From: Takakia lepidozioides
Taxonomy: Eukaryota; Plantae; Bryophyta
Length of the DNA: 5,442 bases
NCBI GenBank assembly: GCA_030704615.1
Contig: JAKLZA010000078.1
Location: 1-5,442, forward strand
Direction: 5' to 3'
Position numbers and translations under genes: made by a program. The stretch's first letter is position 1; each line of letters begins with the position of its first letter. Positions 1 through 5,442 of the stretch are shown here, in pieces. The notes under the pieces were generated by a model. The model was not told the origin of the DNA. It was given only the letters and a program-made list of their open reading frames with translations, and did no database searches.

Positions 1-87
1 GCATAGGTTTGCAATTGCATTTCAGGACACCTCACATACTTCTATTCTAGTTTCCTGTCTCTCGGATCTCCCTTTTTAGGTTTGATT

Positions 88-190
88 CACAGGATCTGAA
101 ATTTTTCCAGGGGTGCATAACAGGCCTCCCTAAAAACTTGTTTGCCCGGATTGTGTTTATTTTGCACCCGGTGCATCCACGTTGTACTGC
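88..190. mobile_element. Possible degenerate MITE remnant
   Basis: GGATCTGAAATTTTT..AGGGGTGCA at the left, inverted GGGTGCA (111-117) / TGCACCC (163-169), and palindrome TGCACC-C-GGTGCA (163-175). The layout is reminiscent of small GC-rich MITEs. No intact TIR or TSD was found. Confidence 0.25.
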
Positions 191-213
191 TACATTTGTT
201 TTGACACTTATGT

Positions 214-299
214 GAACCCTGAACCCTAAACCCTAAAATGTTGCCAAACTAGCTTTTCATTATAGAATAAGGAATGAGTTAAGGTTTAGGGTTTAGGTT
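214..299. repeat. Short interstitial plant telomere-like repeats in outward orientation (CCCTAAA tract ... TTTAGGG tract)
   Basis: gaaccct-gaaccct-aaaccct-aaa at 214-237 and tttagggtttagg at 285-297. Positions 225-237 and 285-297 form a perfect 13-bp inverted repeat. Confidence 0.8.
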
Positions 300-1277
300 A
301 GAGCAGGTAGAAAGTGGCAAGTAAAGAGGTAGAGGTTGAAAGGTTGCAAGAGGTGGCAACTGCAATAAACGATGGGCAAAGAGGGTTGGGGTCCCTTCAG
401 TACTGCTGTGGAGATCCTTACATAATCTTGTATATTTGTTGAGCGATCACCACTTGTATTTAAGAGTGATCAGGTCAACCGAATGATCACCCAATTTAGA
501 ATGACCTGCCAAGCTTCGTGATACAATTATGCTAAATGCCCTTGTTTGCATGTAGACCTCGCCCTGGTTTGGAGCTTTGGAGGTCGGATCTCTCAGAGCT
601 CGTTGTGGTTGTTTATGTTTCATATTCAATTTTTTAGTAAGCTAAAAGGTATTGGTATTCTATAGAATGAGCTTGGAAAATTGAATGTAATGTTCAAGGC
701 AGTTAATTTTGGCATGTTCTCTTAGTTACTCATTGTGCAAGTTTTTGGTGCAGGATTCTAGGGACTCTTGGCAATTCTTGGTCAGTTCTACTCATTTATG
801 TTTCTACCCTTGTCTACTTTTACAGGCTAAGGGAGTCTGGCTCTTGCACCAAGTCAAGTTGAAGACTAAATTTCATTAAGTTCCTTCTACATGATTTGAG
901 GGCCATCATTCACTTTTCCCGATTGTGGTTTCACATCCTTGGGCATTGTGGGTCCAATGAGAAAGCCTAAAATTTGTACGGTCAATTATAGAAATTGTAT
1001 CATTCTACTGCTGCTTATACTTAGCATGGTTAGTACATGCAATAAACTTCTGAACCTCTCCACATGTCTTGAACTTTGGGGTTCGAATTTGTGAGTTCAG
1101 AGGGCTATCTTTCAGAGTGTCCTTTGCAAATATTATCTTGGTGCGACTGATGGATTACCTTTAAGTAGACACTTGTAGGGGTTGGCTTGTTAGTGCCTCC
1201 TAGTTAGAGTTTCAAGAAATCGTGGTCTGATTCATTATAGATTTTAATCTAAACAAACCACCAGAGTCCTCAAAAGT

Positions 1278-1308
1278 TTTAGGGTTTAGGGTACTTCACC
1301 CTAAACCC
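1278..1308. repeat. Short interstitial telomere-like repeats in head-to-head (fusion-like) orientation forming a hairpin
   Basis: TTTAGGG x2 (1278-1291) followed by CCCTAAA. GGGTTTAGGGT (1282-1292) and ACCCTAAACCC (1298-1308) form a perfect 11-bp stem with a 5-nt loop. Confidence 0.8.
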
Positions 1309-1487
1309 CCCATTTCGATTCAGCATTGAAGCAATATCTTTGTTTTTCATAAACTTAGTGAAATTTTTAGCATTTGTAATTTATAGCATGAAACAACGTT
1401 GTTGTCAAATTGAAAGTACTGCTCTATAAACAGCCTCTGGTTTCATACACAATGAAGTGCCTTTCTCTTTTCTTGTTTTGTTCCGAG

Positions 1488-2030
1488 GAATAATAATGAC
1501 ACATCAACAATAATGAATACCTTGTTTACTCGAGCGAAAACTGAAACAGAAGTTTTAGTTTTGTCTTTATCACATCTACATTATCTGATGGAAAGCTAAG
1601 CTTGAAGAGTGAACTGTGAGTTCAACATGGAATCACGATTACATGGGAAGCCCAGAAACAGGGATGTTATCAGAATTGGTGAAACCACCTATGCAGTTGC
1701 GGAGGTCAAATCCTGCCTCAATGGCAACATTCAACATGACGTGCCGGAGAACAAGATAAGAGTGCATCAAAGGGATTGCTGACTCGAATTTGAAATCATG
1801 GAGTCACTAACTGAGGCTGTCATGGCCATCTGCAGAGTCCAAAAAATCCAGTAAGGCCAACAAAGACATCTCCTAAACATTAAGAAAAACAGTGCTGTCA
1901 TTGTACTGTACAGATCTATTGGACCTTGACCAAAAAAACCTCTATACACTCTGGGTACAAGAATCTCTGGTTCATTCTCCTAGAGTACATAGATGGCAGA
2001 ATGAGGTTCATGGGTTTCCAAAAATTAAAC
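1488..2030 (+). pseudogene. Possible decayed PD-(D/E)XK REase-fold coding remnant
   Basis: Polypyrimidine tract plus AG at 1461-1487. Pieces across frameshifts: LFTRAKTETEV / SDGKLSLKSE / FNMESRLHGKPRNRDVIRIGETTYAVAEVK (D 1663, EVK 1702-1710) ... TGA 1780 ... TEAVMAIC ... SIG / LT...LWFILL (WF 1968-1973). A GTAAG donor at 1851 and a CAG acceptor at 1913 delimit an in-phase 63-nt intron candidate. Confidence 0.35.
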
Positions 2031-2090
2031 CAGCAACACTTGTCTCCAAGAACTAAGTTCTTCGTAGCAACATTCTGCACATATCAAAAT

Positions 2091-2356
2091 TCAGTGTACA
2101 CGCCCAGCAGGGATGCCCTCCCTATGAGCAAGATCGCCGAGTTTCTGCACATGTTCCAACATGACTTCCAGTTGCACACACTCTCTCTTGCGATCTTCAG
2201 TACTGGTGATGGGTCGTGAAATACCAAAATCGATCAAACAAACACCTTAATGCCCCCTAAAATCAACCAAGATATTAGGGCATCGAATGTCCCCATGAAG
2301 AAGTGCACAGCAGCAAGTGCATCAACAGTCGCTTCCACCGCCTCTAGTCAAAACTC
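2091..2356 (-). pseudogene. Degenerate second protein-kinase-like fragment (catalytic loop, DFG and short C-terminal helix)
   Basis: Manual translation: EF*LEAVEATVDALAAVH / (frameshift at about 2303) LLHGDIRCPNILVDFRGH*GVCLIDFGISRPITSTEDRKRECVQLEVMLEHVQKLGDLAHREGIPAGRVH*. HGD is at 2297-2289, the in-frame TAA at 2249-2247, DFG at 2231-2223 and the stop at 2093-2091. It is preceded by the acceptor TTTGCAG| ending at 2357. Confidence 0.8.
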
Positions 2357-2729
2357 CTGCAAACGACACATCCAACATATTAGACAACCACTTTGCTACA
2401 AGCTTAAGCAAGAACCGCAGACTCAAATAAGCGGGATGCCCAGTTCAGAGCAGACAACTTTCGAAGAATTACAGTGCAATCAGAATGAATTCCAACAGCT
2501 CCAGTTTTCTGGGATTCCCTCTCATTTGGCCAACAACAATTACCTCTCATTCTTTTTAGTCTGTTTGATTAGATCATCTAGAATTATGTGAAAAACTGGA
2601 GGTGCAATAAAACAGTGTACAAAAGGTCAATCAGAGAATATAGGTTAAAGAGAATCCAATTGCAGATTTAAGAGCAGAGCCTCAAACATGTAGCAACTAA
2701 GGACAAGGTTTTACCACCTTGCACAAACA

Positions 2730-3503
2730 TCAGCAAACATCAAGGTCACAAAATGAGAGATGAATGAGGATAAACCCACACACTGATAGCCAAGGATGTT
2801 GTAATGCCTGTGATGAACTGAGTTGTTTGTCAGTGAGCTTCCTTATAAAGTCTTCAGCATGTGCTGTCCTTGCAACGGGGATATACTCATCCAGGAGTTT
2901 GCCAACACTATACATGTCTGAAAAGGGCGTATACTGGTTGCCCTCATACATCTCCGGACACCAGGCTGAGAAAGGCTGAAATCCATCAAACAATTTGAAA
3001 GGAAAATCTGCTACAGATTCGAGGTCGATGAGCATGAAATCTGTATCTGAAAGGCGCACAATATTTGGGAGTCGGATATCCCTGTGCACCAGGCCCGCAC
3101 TGTGGAGGATACATAAGGCTTGGCAGACACACTGAGCCATCCACCTGCATTCCTCTTCAGACTCCAATCTGCATTGGTATCCAAGAGGACCAAACTCAAC
3201 TCTGTAGGATCCATGAGCAGTTTCGAAAGGCAATGCCACCATCTGCGGCAGAAACTTACATGTTCTCGCAGCAGCATAAGCCCTCTTTATCATGGTAATA
3301 TCCGTCCCCTGGTCAGCACTATAACTAGAAAAGTCTCTAATGTGCTTCGCCACTTTGTCATCATAAAAGTAAATACTCCTCCTTCCATCCGGTGACTTTT
3401 CCAAAGAAAACATGGCACGGCGACCTGGGACTACCGGAACAGAGTCATGCATTTTCTTCATTAGCTGGAAGGCATAGCCTACGCTGAGTAAAAATGGCAG
3501 CGA
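2730..3503 (-). CDS. Atypical Ser/Thr protein kinase domain (CRN8/CR-kinase-like); C-terminal part of the fusion
   Basis: VAK lysine, LCILHSAGLVHRDIRLPNI (HRD 3086-3078), LIDLE in place of DFG (DLE 3026-3018), WCPE in place of APE, SDMYSVG (subdomain IX) and ALQHPWL. There is no GxGxxG loop. The frame is open upstream of the annotated Met as far as 3503. A possible donor CA|GTGTGT at 2783 means the final residues may be intronic. Confidence 0.85.
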   Translation of the reverse strand, partial: SLPFLLSVGYAFQLMKKMHDSVPVVPGRRAMFSLEKSPDGRRSIYFYDDKVAKHIRDFSSYSADQGTDITMIKRAYAAARTCKFLPQMVALPFETAHGSYRVEFGPLGYQCRLESEEECRWMAQCVCQALCILHSAGLVHRDIRLPNIVRLSDTDFMLIDLESVADFPFKLFDGFQPFSAWCPEMYEGNQYTPFSDMYSVGKLLDEYIPVARTAHAEDFIRKLTDKQLSSSQALQHPWLSVCGFILIHLSFCDLDVC

Positions 3504-4173
3504 TCAGAAATATCTGATAGGTTAAGACGTCGACCCACTGGATACAACTCCTTCGGACCTCTCCTACCGATGTACACCCACTGAAATTCAGTGCCTGCTG
3601 CTATGTAGCCTAGAATAAATTTCAATTCCCCATAAAACATCGGATTAAGCGACCTCATCTTAGAACGAAGATCGATTTCAGCTGCAAGCAAGTTGCCAAC
3701 CTTGTCTTCACCTACTAGGAAGGTGCATCCAAAGGCTATGCCAATCGTATCAGGCCTTGTCCTGTGTGCAGTAGTTTGGGTGAAACTGTACCGCGCCCTT
3801 TCAGTAGAATTGAACGAAAACGTGACCTTAAAACCGGCCACATATTGCTTGAAAAAGCCAAAGAACTCTTGCAAGCCGCCGCATGCAACGAGGAACGATG
3901 TTTGTATCTCGGTGACTATCTCCTCAAGTTGGCGCGATAGGAAGGCTCCCACTAAACAAGGAAGTCTTGAACCATCTGTCTCGATTAAAACATTCGCCGC
4001 CAACTCGGGCATTGTTGTTGATACAGACTCATAGGTCTGCGGCGTTACAGGAAGCTTCCGATGCTGCTCAGGGAACAATACCTTTTCAAGACCGGCCTTA
4101 TTTTGGGGGAGCTCAGGTAGCTGTGGGAGCAGCATGTACCTGATCCAAGCTTCGGAACGATCATTGCGATAAC
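3479..4173 (-). CDS. PD-(D/E)XK restriction-endonuclease-fold domain of a Crinkler-type (CR-REase) protein; N-terminal part of the fusion
   Basis: Motif RPD (3757-3749)...FLVGEDK (EDK 3709-3701), then DLRSKM...FYGELKFILGYIAAG...FQW. This matches my recollection of the RPD..GEEK..L..K..GYAA pattern of CRN REase domains upstream of CRN kinases. The first 26 aa of the listed ORF (4252-4174) look intronic. Confidence 0.7.
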
Positions 4174-4312
4174 CTGCTTGAGATGTATCACAAACAACAG
4201 CAACAAAATGACTCAGAATAACAATAGAAGTGGATGCAAGGACGGCAAGCACTCACAAGTGAACGACCAAAATGACAGTCAACTACCAGAATATCAAGGC
4301 AGAAGTTACCAT

Positions 4313-4386
4313 GATCCGGTGACAAACGAACCCCTCACTATCAGCAAACTCAGGCCACAGGACCCTAAGAATCTCAAATCACCACA
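4313..4386 (+). repeat. Diverged direct repeat, copy 1 (partner 4834-4919)
   Basis: 4333-4386 vs 4866-4919: 46/54 identical with no gaps. Also gatccggtgacaa (4313-4325) vs gatctggtgacaa (4834-4846). Confidence 0.85.
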
Positions 4387-4744
4387 AGGCAACTCGTTAC
4401 TCTAGCTAATCATTGTCCAGACAAACTCCAGAAACAAAACCTAAGTATCAAGAACTCCACAAATACTCGATGCAACAAATAAAGACAACCCTAGGCACTC
4501 ACGAGAAATGAGGGGTTTGAACGATACTACTCATATTTGCAGCCACGCATCAAACAAACCCTAGTTATGAAAAGAATCAAGAAAAGATCCCAGCATCAGC
4601 AACCTAGTGCCAAGAATCTACACAACCTCTGAATTACACCAAACGGGACGTTGGGGATTTAGGGGACCCTGCGGGAGTAAACATAACCTACGGGACAAAC
4701 AGCTCCAGTAAGTACAAGAAGACATACCCTACAACCCTTGCTAC

Positions 4745-4819
4745 GAAAGCCTTGCAAAAATTTATGGAGTGAAGGCAAGTGGAGCTTCTGCCTGCCTTCA
4801 CAAAGTTTGCAAAGCTTTC
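4745..4819. repeat. Nested inverted repeat / 75-nt hairpin in predicted intron
   Basis: Outer arms GAAAGCCTTGCAAA (4745-4758) and TTTGCAAAGCTTTC (4806-4819) pair 13/14. Inner arms GTGAAGGCA (4769-4777) and TGCCTTCAC (4793-4801) pair 9/9. Confidence 0.7.
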
Positions 4820-4833
4820 AAAAACCTTGAAAC

Positions 4834-4919
4834 GATCTGGTGACAACAAACCCTAAGTACTTAAACCTCACTATTAGCAAACTCAGGCCGCAGAGCCCTA
4901 AGAAACTCAGACCGCCACA
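4834..4919 (+). repeat. Diverged direct repeat, copy 2 (partner 4313-4386)
   Basis: Same alignment as copy 1. This copy carries an AAACCCTA telo-box at 4848-4855 between the two matching blocks. Confidence 0.85.
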
Positions 4920-4974
4920 GGAAAACCTAAATTATCCCGATGACAAAACCCCGATGACAGGGAGAAGGGTTTAC

Positions 4975-5033
4975 CACTGCCTTTACTTGTGTCTGTTGTT
5001 GAAGGAGCATCCTGGGTCCAAGGAATCGCTTGA
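4975..5033 (-). CDS. Candidate upstream coding exon of the REase-kinase gene (QAIPWTQDAPSTTDTSKGSG)
   Basis: T-rich tract and AAG|CAG| acceptor (5039-5034), a stop-free 59-nt stretch, and donor G|GTAAAC at 4974. It ends in phase 1, which matches the phase-1 start of the main exon (G|GT TAT). Confidence 0.45.
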
Positions 5034-5261
5034 CTGCTTAAACTACTCGAACTCAAGACAGAAAAACAAAGAAAAGCAACAAAAGCAGGAAGAAAAGCAA
5101 AACCCTGCTACCTGTTGTAGGTGCTACAAAATCTTTAAGTATCCCCACAACAGATGTATGTGACCAACCCATGTTGTTGAGTTGCATCTATCATGTAGTG
5201 CTCAACCACAATTCCACATATAAATAACAAACAACCGTGTCTTTCAAAGGACCCTCCTCAC

Positions 5262-5298
5262 ATTTTACTTGTTAACATGGATCTATCGAATGAATAAA
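5262..5298 (-). CDS. Candidate further upstream micro-exon (YSFDRSMLTSKI), containing a possible ATG at 5278-5276
   Basis: Acceptor GCAG| at 5299 and donor AT|GTGAGG at 5261. It is 37 nt and ends in phase 2, matching the phase-2 start of exon 5033-4975. Confidence 0.3.
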
Positions 5299-5442
5299 CT
5301 GCGTGTATCAACCGTACACAGGATCACACACGGGATTGGGAGAAGCTGTTGAAACCCCGAGTGCACAACGCAGCCAAGAAACCAAAAAATTGCAAACACT
5401 TGACTCCATGCTACGCATTGAACGAATCATCGAACAAATCAG

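Larger units (their letters stand above)
2730..4173 (-). pseudogene. Crinkler/CR-effector-like REase + protein kinase fusion gene, main exon, interrupted by a single 1-nt frameshift at about 3490-3494 (real lesion or sequencing error)
   Basis: The two minus-strand frames overlap only between the TAG at 3479-3481 and the upstream TGA at 3504-3506. Adding one T in the T5 run gives ...SDRCHFLLSVGYAFQLMKKMHDSVP..., a continuous REase-kinase of about 480 aa. A tandem acceptor AAG|CAG| at 4179-4174 follows a T-rich tract. Confidence 0.75.

Noticed and set aside
298-362. Purine-rich tract with recurring AGGTKGCAA-like words
   Set aside because: Irregular low-complexity sequence with no constant period; not a CRISPR array or satellite.
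447-629. 60-aa minus-strand ORF
   Set aside because: Short, non-ATG start, no recognisable motif.
751-830. Plus-strand splice-like signals (GCAG| at 753, |GTCAGT at 781, ACAG| at 826)
   Set aside because: The implied intron is only about 46 nt and no coding frame follows; unsupported without transcripts.
1767-1949. 60-aa minus-strand ORF
   Set aside because: Short, no motif, and antisense to the putative REase remnant.
2544-2580. Possible exon DDLIKQTKKNE ending at AG|GTAATT, as the alphaC helix of the second kinase
   Set aside because: Too short, and the intervening kinase subdomains are not visible; cannot be supported.
2250-2591. 113-aa plus-strand ORF
   Set aside because: Low complexity and partly antisense to the kinase remnant; no recognisable domain.
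2724-2743. 10-bp tandem duplication CAAACATCAG/CAAACATCAA
   Set aside because: Ordinary slippage duplication; no further significance evident.
2764-4034. Plus-strand ORFs 2764-2979, 3065-3298, 3120-3395, 3693-4034 and minus ORF 3011-3277
   Set aside because: Antisense or alternate-frame shadows of the REase-kinase exon, with no motifs.
4174-4252. Hydrophobic N-terminus MLAVLASTSIVILSHFVAVV resembling a signal peptide
   Set aside because: It starts at a non-ATG codon and is T-rich sequence immediately before a splice acceptor, so it is most likely translated intron.
4304-4312. ATG|GTAACT donor on the minus strand as a possible start exon
   Set aside because: A phase-0 splice to 4173 would be out of frame with the REase.
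4722-4791. Strong donor GG|GTATGT at 4727 with upstream GCAG acceptors
   Set aside because: No phase-compatible, stop-free way to include it between the neighbouring candidate exons.
4178-5163. Plus-strand ORFs 4178-4405 and 4840-5163 sharing LTISKLRPQ
   Set aside because: The similarity is explained by the DNA duplication. The Q/N/K-rich composition reflects the antisense of T-rich introns, and both have non-ATG starts.

Overview
Eukaryotic, most likely land-plant, genomic DNA: it has Arabidopsis-type TTTAGGG/CCCTAAA motifs, GT-AG splice signals and AT-rich spacers. The main feature is a minus-strand Crinkler (CRN)/CR-effector-like gene with a PD-(D/E)XK restriction-endonuclease-fold (REase) domain followed by an atypical Ser/Thr kinase. 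The ORF track splits it into two ORFs (3479-4252 and 2730-3461). These join into one reading frame if one base is added in the A5 run at 3490-3494. Two phase-compatible candidate upstream micro-exons exist (4975-5033, 5262-5298). Two degenerate remnants missing from the ORF track lie downstream: a second, different kinase (HGDIRCPN...IDFG, 2091-2356, minus strand) and a possible decayed REase on the plus strand (about 1488-2030). The window therefore looks like a cluster or graveyard of REase/kinase effector modules. Non-coding structure includes two oppositely arranged inverted telomere-repeat pairs, a 54-bp diverged direct repeat, a 75-nt intronic hairpin and a possible MITE remnant. All calls come from reading the sequence by eye; no searches were run.
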